Part shown: positions 10,952-21,530 of the stretch, in pieces
Layout: each line of letters starts with the position of its first letter
Position numbering within the stretch: position 1 is the stretch's first letter
Assembly (NCBI GenBank): GCA_034189385.1
Contig: JAXHVD010000001.1
Location: 224,001-288,000, forward strand
Length of the DNA: 64,000 bases
Source: Thermodesulfobacteriota bacterium
Lineage (GTDB): Bacteria; Desulfobacterota; Desulfobacteria; Desulfobacterales; C00003060
Direction of reading: 5' to 3'
Translations under genes and position numbers: made by a program
The notes under the pieces: model-generated
The model's input: the letters and a program-made list of their open reading frames with translations, nothing else
Databases searched by the model: none
What the model was told of the DNA's origin: nothing

Positions 10952-11338
10952 ATGAAGGTCGCCATCACTTCAAAGGGCAGAACCCTCGATTCTGAGGTAG
11001 AAACACGGTTTTCCCGCAGCCCTTTTTTTATCTTAGTGGATACGAAAACGGGGGGCTTGCATGCCCTCAAGAATCCAGGGGCGTCGGCTAAGGATGCCGC
11101 TTGTGTCGAAGCGGTGAGATTTCTGGTTGGTGAGGGCGTTCAAGTGGTGTTGACCGGCAACGTGGGACATAATGCCCTTATCACAATGCAGGATGCAAAC
11201 ATCCGGATCTATTTGGGGGCCACGGGCAGGGTTCGTGAAACCCTTGAAAAATTCCATAAGCGCAGACTGAGACGGGCCAGAGAACCCTCCGTGGGCTTTC
11301 AACATGGATTGGGGAAAGATACTATACTCAGAGGCTGA
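10952..11338 (+). CDS. NifB/NifX family (FeMo-cofactor-binding-like) protein
   Basis: RBS AGGAGG; MKVAITSKG..RFSRSPFF..VLTGNVGHNA. Confidence 0.85.
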   Translation: MKVAITSKGRTLDSEVETRFSRSPFFILVDTKTGGLHALKNPGASAKDAACVEAVRFLVGEGVQVVLTGNVGHNALITMQDANIRIYLGATGRVRETLEKFHKRRLRRAREPSVGFQHGLGKDTILRG

Positions 11339-11460
11339 TGCACAAGGTTGTCTTTCGATATGAGAAGACGATTCCGAGATAATCCGTAGAAGGGAAAGAT
11401 CGTGACCGAAGTGGCAGCACCGGTGCCGAGGAAGGACCCCACCCTCGAAGACCTATTCGC

Positions 11461-11682
11461 TCACTCCAGCCACTCATAGATTTCCAGTTCATCGGAGTTG
11501 CATGCCTCGCAGCAGCTTGGACATGAAGCGCCGTGTAGCAATTTGCGGAATTTTGCCTTTCGGATCCACTGTTCCGACATGCCCCTCATGGCATGGGGTT
11601 CCACGCCGAAATGTACAGAAAGATCTGCGAGTGAAGCCACTCGCCATTCAGCGAAGAACGTCTTGACTCCGGGCGGGATCAT
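11461..11682 (-). CDS. FeoC-like winged-helix protein with Cys-rich tail
   Basis: SLADLSVHF..AMRGMSEQWIRK..CPSCCEAC..EIYEW. Confidence 0.75.
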   Translation of the reverse strand: MIPPGVKTFFAEWRVASLADLSVHFGVEPHAMRGMSEQWIRKAKFRKLLHGASCPSCCEACNSDELEIYEWLE

Positions 11683-12107
11683 AATTGCTTTCCCTGCCAG
11701 AGCGCCAAGAAGTAATTAAGAAAGACCCAGGATCAATAATCAGTATGGTGTTTCTTATCAAGAAAAACGTGGAGAAAAACTTTTTTCAGGCTTCTTTTTA
11801 CCTGAAAGTCTTAGCTAGTTATTGTATTTTAATTTTATCAGCGATTGATTTCCTGGGCTGACCAATGATCATTGGAGTGAAATAGCGATAAGATGCCTGT
11901 CGTTATGGGGCGTCAAACAGTTCTTTGAACGGGCCAAGGCGGTTTCCTGCGCTCAACGTATTGACGGACTGAGTCAACGGGACAGATAGTCTCTGCCTGA
12001 GGGCTTTGGACCTAATGATGTGGAAGGGTGGGCGCTAGGAGAGGATTTTGGACCTCTAGTTTTTGAAAAAGTGTTTTCAGAAAACTTGATGATCGGGGTA
12101 GATCCCT

Positions 12108-12752
12108 TCAGATGTTCTCGCGCCCATAGTCGCACAGCTTCAGTAGGGGGCATTCAGGGCACTTGGGCTTGCGGGCAGGACACAAGCGCCTTCCGTGCCA
12201 GATCATCTGGTGTGAAAAGTCTATCCAGTCGTCCTTGGGAATGAGGGCCATAAGATCAAACTCGATCTTCACCGGGTCCTTTTCTTTGGTCAGGCCGATC
12301 CGCTGAGACAGGCGCTTGACGTGGGTATCCACCACGATGCCTGGGATTCCAAAGGAGCTTCCCAGGACCACGTTGGCCGTCTTTCGCGCCACCCCCGGAA
12401 GCTTGACCAACTCCTCCATGGTCCTCGGTACCTTTCCACCGTAGTTCTCCACAAGCATGGTGCAGCACCCTTTGATACTCTTAGCCTTGTTACGAAAAAA
12501 ACCGGTGGACCGGATCATTTCCTCCAGTTCGGGAAGGGGAACCTCTGCGTAGTCCTTGGCCGTTCGCAGCTTTTTGAAAAGGGTCTTGGTCACCTCGTTG
12601 ACCCGTACATCCGTGCACTGGGCGGAGAGAATGGTGGCAATCAACATCTGAAGAGGGGTTCTGTGGTGCAGGGCACTCTTGACATCCGGATAGGTGCTTC
12701 TTAGAATCTTTAGTATTTTGTTAATTCGCGGCTTTGTGATCTTTTGAACCAT
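12108..12752 (-). CDS. nth: Endonuclease III
   Basis: LSAQCTD, LPGVARKTAN HhH, VDTHV, Cx6Cx2Cx5C Fe-S motif. Confidence 0.97.
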   Translation of the reverse strand: MVQKITKPRINKILKILRSTYPDVKSALHHRTPLQMLIATILSAQCTDVRVNEVTKTLFKKLRTAKDYAEVPLPELEEMIRSTGFFRNKAKSIKGCCTMLVENYGGKVPRTMEELVKLPGVARKTANVVLGSSFGIPGIVVDTHVKRLSQRIGLTKEKDPVKIEFDLMALIPKDDWIDFSHQMIWHGRRLCPARKPKCPECPLLKLCDYGRENI

Positions 12753-12820
12753 GGTCTCTACCTCTATTCTCTGTATACTCTGGACTTCGGCGTGCGCCGG
12801 AGTGACAAGGTCTACGACTT

Positions 12821-13858
12821 ATGATGAACTCATCAAAAGGAGACACTTTGAACAAAACGGAAAAAAAGACAAAGCCTAGTGTTGTCCGCGCCCTGGGGAT
12901 CTCCTCAGGGGGTCTGGACAGCATTCTTTCTGCCCTGGTGCTCAAGGATCAAGGCATCGAGGTGGCCTGGGTCAATTTTGAAACCCCATTTTTCAGTTCA
13001 CATAAGGCCCGTCGAGCGGCCCGCATGACAGGGATTCCCCTGTTCGTGAGAAACATCACGAAGGTCTACGTTGAAATGCTCAAAAATCCCAAGTGCGGCT
13101 ATGGAGGGCACATGAACCCTTGCCTTGATTGTCATGCCCTCATGTTTCAGCTCGCAGGAGCCCTAATGAAGAAAAAAGGGTTTGATTTTCTCTTCTCCGG
13201 CGAGGTTCTAGGCCAGCGCCCCATGTCCCAGACCAAGCCGTCGCTCCGCTACGTTGAAAAAAACTCCGGCTTTGAAGGCTACATCCTGCGGCCCTTGAGC
13301 GCCAAACGGCTGGCCCCTACCATTGCCGAACAGGAAGGCCTTGTGGACCGTGACCGCCTGTTAGATATCACCGGTCGGGGACGAAAGGAACAAATCAAGC
13401 TGGCAGAGGTCTTTGGCATTACCGATTACCCGGCTCCGGCCGGCGGATGTCTCCTTGCGGATGTGGGGTTTTCCAGGCGCCTTCGAGATCTCTTTGATCA
13501 CCAGCAGTCCTGTGAGGAGCGGGACTTTGAGCTTCTGAAGTACGGTCGTCACTTTCGTCTGGACGATGAACACAAGGTGATTGTGGGACGTACCAAGGAA
13601 GACAACAAACAGATCTCTACGCTTATGGATACAAAAAAGGACATCACGCTCCGCATGGCCGATATGGCGAGCCCAACAGTCCTGATTCCCAGCGGTGCCC
13701 CGGAAAAGATCATACACGATGCCGCAACCCTTTGTGCGACCTATAGCAAGGCCAAAGAGGGCACCAGCGCCCGTGTGTTCGTGAAGAGCCCCCGTGGTTC
13801 AAAGATAGTCACTATCTTGGTCGTTCCCCGCGAAACATGCTCTCAGTATCTTATATAA
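12821..13858 (+). CDS. ThiI-like PP-loop tRNA sulfurtransferase with C-terminal DUF814/NFACT-R-like region
   Basis: SGGLDS PP-loop, NPCLDC, GEVLGQRPMSQ, PAGGCLL, GRHFR. Confidence 0.85.
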   Translation: MMNSSKGDTLNKTEKKTKPSVVRALGISSGGLDSILSALVLKDQGIEVAWVNFETPFFSSHKARRAARMTGIPLFVRNITKVYVEMLKNPKCGYGGHMNPCLDCHALMFQLAGALMKKKGFDFLFSGEVLGQRPMSQTKPSLRYVEKNSGFEGYILRPLSAKRLAPTIAEQEGLVDRDRLLDITGRGRKEQIKLAEVFGITDYPAPAGGCLLADVGFSRRLRDLFDHQQSCEERDFELLKYGRHFRLDDEHKVIVGRTKEDNKQISTLMDTKKDITLRMADMASPTVLIPSGAPEKIIHDAATLCATYSKAKEGTSARVFVKSPRGSKIVTILVVPRETCSQYLI

Positions 13859-13940
13859 CGTGTGAACGGGGCCGCATCCAAGCTAAATTCGAATGTCAAA
13901 TTTTCCAATGCTCGATAGAAAAGCCGTGGTATTGGTGGTC

Positions 13941-13970
13941 TGTGGAGAATGCCCTCGCTTATTCGGTTCA
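13941..13970 (-). repeat. Partial (terminal 30 bp) copy of repeat family A
   Basis: Reverse complement is TGAACCGAATAAGCGAGGGCATTCTCCACA. Confidence 0.75.
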
Positions 13971-13984
13971 TCCAGGCGGCCTTG

Positions 13985-14503
13985 CTACAGACTATCGTCT
14001 TCAATCCAAAATTCCCACCCGCAGTAATAGGCGTCCGGATGCTCGTCCGGCGGACATGCAATGCACCGGGTCTGAATCCTGGGATCTATTTCTGCGGCAA
14101 AGGTGCTGTACTCCACAATGCCTACCTCCTTGCAGGGAAAATCGGGCAAGCCGCGGCGCTTGCGGGCGCTCTGGACTCGGCAGTCGTTCATAAAAAAGAA
14201 AAGGCGGCCGTCTTTGAGCTCGCTATGTTGTTTGTTGAGTACGGCGTAAAGCCGGTAATCCAGAGCCTTTCTAAGGGCCTCAAGCCCGCCGGCCTCAGGC
14301 AGGCCCAAAAAGCCCTTGATCCGTTTGGCCTCAATGGGCGAAAAGCGGCTCCAGGCCTCGGCATCCAGATGGATGGCCTGTGCCATGCCATGGGCTCGCT
14401 CTACGGCCTGAAACCACAGGCCGTCATGGGCGAGCCAGTTCTTGGCAAAATTCTTGGCCAAACGAAGAAGTTGTTCGTGGGACAGTTTATCGATTGCTGA
14501 CAT
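13985..14503 (-). CDS. DUF6125-like protein (V4R-related)
   Basis: KNWLAHDGLWFQAVE, CRVQSARKR, CIACPPD..YCGWEF. Confidence 0.8.
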   Translation of the reverse strand: MSAIDKLSHEQLLRLAKNFAKNWLAHDGLWFQAVERAHGMAQAIHLDAEAWSRFSPIEAKRIKGFLGLPEAGGLEALRKALDYRLYAVLNKQHSELKDGRLFFFMNDCRVQSARKRRGLPDFPCKEVGIVEYSTFAAEIDPRIQTRCIACPPDEHPDAYYCGWEFWIEDDSL

Positions 14504-14594
14504 GTTATTTCCCTTTACCAGATGCTCTCATTTGTAATGCCGGTGACGACAGGCGCTCTTTTTCACTCCAGATGCTCAAGGGGTGGAAGGCCCA

Positions 14595-15257
14595 TCACCG
14601 TAATTTTTGCCTTTCGGCTTGAAGCTTTCTTAAAGCTTGCCAGATCTCTTCCACTTGCCTTCTGGTGTTTTCAAGAGAACCTTCGTTGTTCACAACAAAG
14701 TCAGCATGCTCCAGCTTGTCATCAATAGGCAACTGGGCCTTGAGCATGTTGGCTGCCTCCTGTCTGCTGATGCCATCTCGCCTGGTGAGACGCTCTATTT
14801 GGAGCTCCTTGGGAATATAGACCACGATGACCCTGTCAAACAAAGACTGGGCGTTTTTTTCAATGAGAAGAGGCACCACCACCTGGATGATAGCCTCTTC
14901 GTCCTTCTCTGTGATGTTGTTGACCTCTTTGAGAAGTTCTTCAAAGATAAAGGGGTGGGTGGCCTCTTCCAGCCTTTTTCTCTTATCGGCATCCTGAAAA
15001 ACGATCTTCGAAAGCCTTTTCCGGTCCAAGGTGCCGTCTTCCTGAAGGAACTCATTGCCAAAGTAGTCAATGATTTCTCTTAGGCCAGGCGTGCCGCGTT
15101 CGACCACCCTCCTTGCAATCAAATCAAGATCGATCAAACCCGCACCGAGTTCTTGCAGTACGTTCGCTACGACAGTCTTTCCGGTGGCGATGCCACCGGT
15201 GACGCCTAGGAAGAGACCTTTCTTTTTTGATTTGATAGCCCCAGCGATCCTTTTCAT
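14595..15257 (-). CDS. coaE: Dephospho-CoA kinase
   Basis: GVTGGIATGKT, LDRKRL, THP, VPLLIE, VVNNEGS. Confidence 0.95.
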   Translation of the reverse strand: MKRIAGAIKSKKKGLFLGVTGGIATGKTVVANVLQELGAGLIDLDLIARRVVERGTPGLREIIDYFGNEFLQEDGTLDRKRLSKIVFQDADKRKRLEEATHPFIFEELLKEVNNITEKDEEAIIQVVVPLLIEKNAQSLFDRVIVVYIPKELQIERLTRRDGISRQEAANMLKAQLPIDDKLEHADFVVNNEGSLENTRRQVEEIWQALRKLQAERQKLR

Positions 15258-15474
15258 GCCAGATGACCTATTTTATTGAATGATATTGATATTATACACT
15301 ACCATAGGTGCCATAGTCGATTGATTTAGTCAAGCCTTAACTGCATTTCCAGCAGGGGAACGCCACAGTCGATCATGTCTCCCTTGCGTTACTCTTTAGA
15401 ACGTTCATTGTAGGCTTTTTGGGGAACCCCTCGGGCTCCGGTGAGCGGAAGCCTTCTCTTACCCTTCAGAATCC

Positions 15475-15502
15475 TTGACAAAAAGCCCTAGCTCATGATA
15501 CT
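15475..15502 (+). promoter_or_regulatory. Sigma70-like promoter upstream of the sodB leader
   Basis: TTGACA-16 nt-GATACT. Confidence 0.5.
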
Positions 15503-15851
15503 TGGCGATGAGGTTTCGGCGCAAACCAGTTATCCAACCCGAAGGGGACTGCATGAAGTCAATATGATCACCCCGTTTCTCCTATAGAGAGATGGGGTGT
15601 TGTATTCTTGGGGGATCAGAAACCGAGCAGGGTAGGGCCCATAACTCTGACTGGGCCCAAGGGACCAGGCGTCAGGGTCTAACACAGAGGAGGATGGCGT
15701 GAGATCGCAGGAAAAAGAGCAAAGGGATGGACGCTGGGCAAAAACATGAACGGAAGGGTCCGGAATGGGGACCACGTCGCAGCGGCCCGATAGGTCTGTG
15801 CAGAGAGGGACTCAAACAACAATTTTGTCAACCGCAGAGAGAGGAGGAATG

Positions 15852-16445
15852 ATGAGTATTACACTACCAAGTTTGCCTTATGAAATGGACGCACTGGCCC
15901 CGTACATTAATAAAGAGACGTTGGAATTCCATTACGGGAAGCATCACAATGCCTATGTCGTAAATGCAAACAAGCTTCTGGAAGGGACAGATCTTGCCAA
16001 AGCGGACCTGGAATCTGTCATAAGAGCAGCGGCAAAGGATGCCTCATTGGGCGGAGTATTCAATAATGCTGCCCAGGTTTGGAATCACTCCTTTTACTGG
16101 AATTGCATGAAGCCGGGCGGGGGAGGGTTGCCTTCAGGGCCCATCGCTGACAAGATAACCTCAGATTTTGGCAGCTATGAGACCTTTGTTGAGCAATTCA
16201 AAAACGCCGGTGCCACGCAATTCGGAAGTGGTTGGGGGTGGCTGATTCTAAAGGATGGTCATCTGGAAATCATGAAGACATCCAATGCAGACACACCGAT
16301 TGCCAAGGGGTTGAAGCCCCTTTTGACGGTCGACGTTTGGGAGCACGCTTATTACCTGGACTATCAAAACAGGCGGCCCGACTATCTGAGTGCCTTTGTG
16401 GGACATCTGATAAACTGGGATTTTGTCAATTCTCAGATGGGCTAA
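15852..16445 (+). CDS. sodB: Fe superoxide dismutase
   Basis: RBS GAGGAGG; HYGKHH, FNNAAQVWNH, QFGSGW, DVWEHAYY. Confidence 0.95.
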   Translation: MSITLPSLPYEMDALAPYINKETLEFHYGKHHNAYVVNANKLLEGTDLAKADLESVIRAAAKDASLGGVFNNAAQVWNHSFYWNCMKPGGGGLPSGPIADKITSDFGSYETFVEQFKNAGATQFGSGWGWLILKDGHLEIMKTSNADTPIAKGLKPLLTVDVWEHAYYLDYQNRRPDYLSAFVGHLINWDFVNSQMG

Positions 16446-16466
16446 GGGCAAACCGCGGAGGAATGT

Positions 16467-17546
16467 ATGGAACAGGGTTCAACTATTCCCACTCCTGAGG
16501 AGTGCGCAACATTCATTTTCAAATATAGCGGCCAGAAGGTGGAAGCCAACACAGCGGCTGACCTGTGGCCCAAGGTGCAGCAACACAAGTGGGTACTGTC
16601 TGAGAAGCTGGGCCGAGATGTGGGGATCAAAGTGGCCTGCCTGGATTTTATGGAAAACGTGGAGCCCATCCATCAAGATCTTCACGATGAAGAGACTGTC
16701 CAGCTTCTGAAAAGGCTGGGAGGGCAGATGCTGGACAAATCGGTCTGGGAGACTATCTCTGACTCTCAACCGCCCAAACAGATCGTGCATAAGAGGATAG
16801 TGCTTCCTTTGACAGCAGTGGAATTGGCTCAAAAGCACGGCGTGGTTCCGCCCAGGACCATCATCTTTTTTGGACCGCCTGGCACTGGAAAGACCCATTT
16901 TGTGCGCGCCATTGCAGGTAGGCTTCAGTGGTGGTACGTTGAGGTGAGCCCCAGCGATCTCATGGTAGACGGCGAAGATCGCCTTGGGGCGAACCTGAAA
17001 AGACTTATGGAAAGTGCCAGGCACTTGGATGAAGTCGTCCTTTTTATCGACGAGTTTGAGGAAATTGCAAGTAGCAGGGACCGGGCCAGCCGCATCGACA
17101 AATCGATCACAAACGAATTCCTGAAACAGGTGCCACTCCTAAAAAGGGAGAAAAAGAAAAGCCTCCTAGTGTGTGCCACCAACTATATACGGGAACTAGA
17201 TGCGGCCCTGTTGCGGCCTGGTCGTTTCGACTGCGTGATTCCCGTGGGTGCCCTGGATCACCAAAGCCGTCGCACTATCTTTGAGCACTACCTGTCCACT
17301 ACCAATCGGGGTGATGTGGATGTGGACAAAATCGTGTCAATGATCTCCCTGTTTACGCCTGCCGATATCGAGTACCTTTTTCAAAAGGTCAGCCAATTTG
17401 CCTTTGAAAGGGAATACATGGCAGGCAAGGACTACGCCGTTACCACTGGAACCTTTCTGGAAATAATCCCTGAAGTTTCGCCAACGCTGACCGATGATAT
17501 CATCCAGGCCTTGGAACAGGATAGCGTGGACTATACGCGATACTAA
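16467..17546 (+). CDS. AAA+ ATPase with N-terminal DUF4032-like helical domain
   Basis: GPPGTGKT, LFIDE, ATN..LDAALLRPGRFD; N-terminal HKWVLSEKLGRDVG. Confidence 0.88.
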   Translation: MEQGSTIPTPEECATFIFKYSGQKVEANTAADLWPKVQQHKWVLSEKLGRDVGIKVACLDFMENVEPIHQDLHDEETVQLLKRLGGQMLDKSVWETISDSQPPKQIVHKRIVLPLTAVELAQKHGVVPPRTIIFFGPPGTGKTHFVRAIAGRLQWWYVEVSPSDLMVDGEDRLGANLKRLMESARHLDEVVLFIDEFEEIASSRDRASRIDKSITNEFLKQVPLLKREKKKSLLVCATNYIRELDAALLRPGRFDCVIPVGALDHQSRRTIFEHYLSTTNRGDVDVDKIVSMISLFTPADIEYLFQKVSQFAFEREYMAGKDYAVTTGTFLEIIPEVSPTLTDDIIQALEQDSVDYTRY

Positions 17547-17681
17547 TATTTGGCCACCGTTGATGAAGCTGAGGCCCACATGGCAGGGGGCAACTTTGGG
17601 GAGCCACAGTCGGCCAGGCAACAGGCGACATCTTTGACGGTTTTTTCTGTCAGTATTTCGTGGCTTAGAAAGCGTCCAGTT

Positions 17682-18545
17682 ATGGTCAACCATACAATCA
17701 ATGAAGGGTTTGTCCCTTTTCGTGGATATCGCACCTGGTATCGTATGGTCGGGGACATGGCCCAAACACAGGCAGGCACCTTTCCTGTCCTCTTGGTCCA
17801 TGGCAGACCTGTCTCCCATGAAAGCCTGAAGCCCTTGGAGTGGCTTGTTCAGACCGGCCGCCCTGTTGTGTTCTATGACCAACTGGGGTGCGGAAACTCA
17901 GACCAGCCTGATGATCCGTCTATTTGGGAGATGAGTCTCTTTGTGGATGAGGTGGATGTCGTGCGGCGCGAACTTGGGCTTGAAAAGGTCCACCTGCTAG
18001 GGCATTCCTGGGGCGGTATGATAGCCATGGAGTATGCACTTACTCAGCCCCACGGCATTGTCAGCTTAACCCTTGCAAGTGCATCTTCAAGCAGAGACCT
18101 ATCAAACGACGATGTCGAGGGGTTAAGGGAAAAGCTCCCGTCATATGTTCAAGAGACTCTTCGGAAACACGAGGAGGCCGGAACCACTGATGATCCGACC
18201 TATCAGGAGGCCGACAAGATCTTTGCCCTTCGCCACATCTTTCGCAAGCATCCTTGGCCGGAATGGCTGATGCAGGCCATGCGGCGCCCCCAAAAGGAGA
18301 TGGTGGATATGGCGGGCTGGGACGTTCGGCCCAGACTGAGCAACATCACAATTCCTACACTTGTTACGTGTGGCCGCTTTGACATTTGCACCCCCGCCCA
18401 TGCCCGGCTCATCTACGAAGCTATTCCTCAAAGTGAGCTGGCCATCTTTGAAAAAAGTTCGCACTACCCCCATGGTGAGGAGACCAATCGCTTTCTGGCA
18501 GTTCTCCACAATTTCATGACACGGACGGAACGCCAGATGGGTTGA
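17682..18545 (+). CDS. Proline iminopeptidase-like alpha/beta hydrolase
   Basis: FYDQLGCGNS, GHSWGG nucleophile, GRFD, SSH. Confidence 0.88.
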   Translation: MVNHTINEGFVPFRGYRTWYRMVGDMAQTQAGTFPVLLVHGRPVSHESLKPLEWLVQTGRPVVFYDQLGCGNSDQPDDPSIWEMSLFVDEVDVVRRELGLEKVHLLGHSWGGMIAMEYALTQPHGIVSLTLASASSSRDLSNDDVEGLREKLPSYVQETLRKHEEAGTTDDPTYQEADKIFALRHIFRKHPWPEWLMQAMRRPQKEMVDMAGWDVRPRLSNITIPTLVTCGRFDICTPAHARLIYEAIPQSELAIFEKSSHYPHGEETNRFLAVLHNFMTRTERQMG

Positions 18546-18645
18546 CCCCAATGTTGCATTAACAACACGGCAAAAGGTCCTAAGAATCAATGATAGTTTC
18601 ACGCTGCGGTGAAAGGTCATCCCCACGCCGCCTCGACCGATGGGT

Positions 18646-19503
18646 TTAGAATTTCAGGCCTATCCTGAGGCCATATGACGTGGTCGTGTTTTCCGGTTCA
18701 TGAACGGTAAGGACTCGTGTGCCGCTTGAGAACTGCGCCGTGTAGGTTTCTGTGTCTGATTTGTCGATCTTCCAGTAGGTCATAAAGGGCTCCAACGACA
18801 GGGCATATCGGTCGCTAAAGTGCCTGTTAAATTGAAGGGAAAATCTTATTCCATATCCTGAATCCTGCCGAAGGTCAGGAAAAGCCTTTGCGTCAACACC
18901 GCTTATCCCTTCCCAGAGAAAATCATACTCCAGACTGGTGCCCCAGGTCCAGTTTTCTGACAATGGACTGTAGGTGTTCACTCCGATGGGGGAATACCAG
19001 TATTGTATCTCTCTTTCATAACCTCCGGTTCCCTTTATGTAGTCATTCCAATAGCGATAACCAATACCTAGAAAAGGGGTCACTACGTGGTCTCCTGTGA
19101 GCACAAAATCGTAGCCGATCAACCCACGGCATTCCACAGTCCAATCCTCCGTATCGGTCCTTCCGGGTGTGTCAATGGTTGCCGAACCTGAAGCATCGGC
19201 CACGATAATTCGGAAGACGCCGTCATAGTTGAGATCCCCAAAAGCGTAGTCCAGGCTGACATTCATCATTACCTTATTATGATATGTGTATCTTCCAACC
19301 ATACCGTAAAGTGGGCCATCTATTTCTATGTCGAGATTCTTTTCCTCGTAATCAAGGTGGGTGGCTCCAACCCCAATTTCAAAGGTGTGTCGAGGAAGGA
19401 TTGACTCGCTGCCTCCTGCACAAGCGATGGAAAATGAGATCAGGAGACAAAGGCCAATGAACAGAGAACCAAATGAAACTTTCATCAGTTTGCTTTTTAT
19501 CAT
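18646..19503 (-). CDS. Outer-membrane beta-barrel protein
   Basis: Signal peptide, amphipathic strands, C-terminal GLRIGLKF. Confidence 0.78.
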   Translation of the reverse strand: MIKSKLMKVSFGSLFIGLCLLISFSIACAGGSESILPRHTFEIGVGATHLDYEEKNLDIEIDGPLYGMVGRYTYHNKVMMNVSLDYAFGDLNYDGVFRIIVADASGSATIDTPGRTDTEDWTVECRGLIGYDFVLTGDHVVTPFLGIGYRYWNDYIKGTGGYEREIQYWYSPIGVNTYSPLSENWTWGTSLEYDFLWEGISGVDAKAFPDLRQDSGYGIRFSLQFNRHFSDRYALSLEPFMTYWKIDKSDTETYTAQFSSGTRVLTVHEPENTTTSYGLRIGLKF

Positions 19504-19553
19504 GTTCTAACTCCCTTTTTTCGATTATCCTCGGCCTGCTAAAACCTTTAGAT

Positions 19554-20405
19554 TCAGAAAAGACGATAAAATGACAACATGACCACCATCCCTCTGGTGG
19601 AGTCAAAATGAAGGTCCAGGTCCTTTCGGTCGGCACAAGAGTTTATGGCCATTCCGACCCCTGGGAGCACGTACAGATTACCATAAACACGAATGTAGCT
19701 TTCAACCCTGAATTGGTACGTTTCATAGCTTGTTACAAGGTCCGATGATGTGTGAAAGGAACCCTGTAAGAACCCATTCAACCCGACTCTTTCGTCCAAT
19801 TCCTTTTCCATACCGAGTCTGATGGCGTGTGTATCCTTTTTCCCATGGTTTCTCTCCGTGAAGCTGTAAACCACATATGGGCGAACGCCATTGGCAACTG
19901 TTACGCTTGCCGCCACAAAGGGGCTTACGTCTGTGCTTCCTGTTCCCCCATCGTTCTCTGATGCCGTATCAAACTTGGTTTCCAGGCCTGCCACCAGCGT
20001 GAACGGTTTGTCTTCTTCATCGAACACTCGATATTTTGCGCCTACATGGAAGTCCCCAAAGCCGTCTTTCCTATAGTGAAAGGTCTGAGGATCGGGGTAG
20101 CTATCGAACCGATTTTTGAGTTTGTCGAAGAACACGTAAGGAATCCACGCTGCCACCTCTAATTCATGACCGAGCCCTAGGCCGAGGTAGTATTCTGACG
20201 CAAAGAAATCGTTTTTCTGATTGCCAGTGAGAAACGAGGGGCTTCCACGATGAAAGTCGGTTGAGTCATGAATATAGAGAAAAGACATGCGGGCCTCTAT
20301 TTCTTTTTTCGAAAGCACATCGGTAACGAAGAGTTTTTCTTCTGCCTGACAAGGAAGCCACGTCAGTGCAAGTCCAACAAAAATCCCGACAATCATCTTC
20401 TTCAT
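19554..20405 (-). CDS. Outer-membrane beta-barrel ('transporter'/MetA-pathway-like)
   Basis: RBS GGAGGAG, signal peptide, GFGDFHVGAKY, GTGSTD, C-terminal F. Confidence 0.75.
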   Translation of the reverse strand: MKKMIVGIFVGLALTWLPCQAEEKLFVTDVLSKKEIEARMSFLYIHDSTDFHRGSPSFLTGNQKNDFFASEYYLGLGLGHELEVAAWIPYVFFDKLKNRFDSYPDPQTFHYRKDGFGDFHVGAKYRVFDEEDKPFTLVAGLETKFDTASENDGGTGSTDVSPFVAASVTVANGVRPYVVYSFTERNHGKKDTHAIRLGMEKELDERVGLNGFLQGSFHTSSDLVTSYETYQFRVESYIRVYGNLYVLPGVGMAINSCADRKDLDLHFDSTRGMVVMLSFYRLF

Positions 20406-21221
20406 AAATGGTCTCCTCCGTCGTAGTTGAACTGCCACGCCGCCACTTCCTGGCACCTATTACAGCAAGAAGTCCGGCGCTTGACACAACTCACTTTCTC
20501 CTCGCTGAAGTCAGCCGAGCACCATGTCTGGTTTAGCGCCATCTCCCCTCATGGGATCTGTCATGGAGTGGCGGAAAAAGGTCGACGGCAAAATTCCGTA
20601 GAACAACAGCCTCTCAAAGTCAAGCTTTTGCGATCGTTTTATATTTTTTACCAGTCAGCCCGTTTGCCTCCACAAATGATCCTTTTCCGCAGTCTCGGTG
20701 CCTGCCCCGTGCAATGTTTACCCCGTGAAATGCAGAGCCCATTCCTCTGGGGTCACTCTGTCCCAATCTTGACGAATTCCGTGTATTTCTTTATGTGATG
20801 TCGGCTTTGGACGAATGAGTGCCCGTCTACTATCTCCTAGAGGATTTCATTTTCTAAGGGCTGTTTGAACGCATTTGGCCCTTTTTGTAAATGATTTTGC
20901 TTGAACTCCCGTTCATCGATCATATGGGCAGACAAGTAGAGCCCCACCAGAAGTGACTCCTTGTCTGACTCTCTCTGGAACCATGGGGGTAAATGGTGTC
21001 ACAATGCCTTTCTTTCTCCTGATGGCTTGAACTGAGATGACGGCTTTTAAACTCATAAAATATAAGTGTGCATCGTGTCCACATCAATGGGGGAAATACC
21101 CTATTTTTCATCTCTGACGGCTGTAGCTGGCGCACTCTTCAAATGGACCCGACTCGACCCTGCTTGGCCAATGGAGCTTCTCAAGGCTTTTTTCACATAA
21201 ATTACGGCCACATTGGTCCCT

Positions 21222-21315
21222 CTAGTGTCAAGTCTAAGAAATGCTTGCAGAGCCCGGAACATGGCTTGGTGGCGGCACTCTACTTTTTAAAGGAACTTCT
21301 GAGACACGACACTAA
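21222..21315. mobile_element. MITE-like element family C, short copy
   Basis: Imperfect TIRs CTAGTGTCAAGTCTAAGAA / TTCTGAGACACGACACTAA; the same ends occur at 30498-30773. Confidence 0.6.
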
Positions 21316-21530
21316 GAGCCTGTCAGAAAGCCATCTTGTTGGAGGCTGATGGAAAATGCGCAGGCGCAAGGGATCCGTCTCTTTTCAAGCCGTTAAGCGC
21401 ACATACTGAGGAAGGCGTATATAGCAGGCCTAAGGTGTTAAGGTTTAAGGCGAAAGGCTGGTGACTCAAGACACAATGGCCGTTAAGAAAGGCCCCTCAC
21501 CTTATTCACGATATCTGAAAAGCTCACTGC

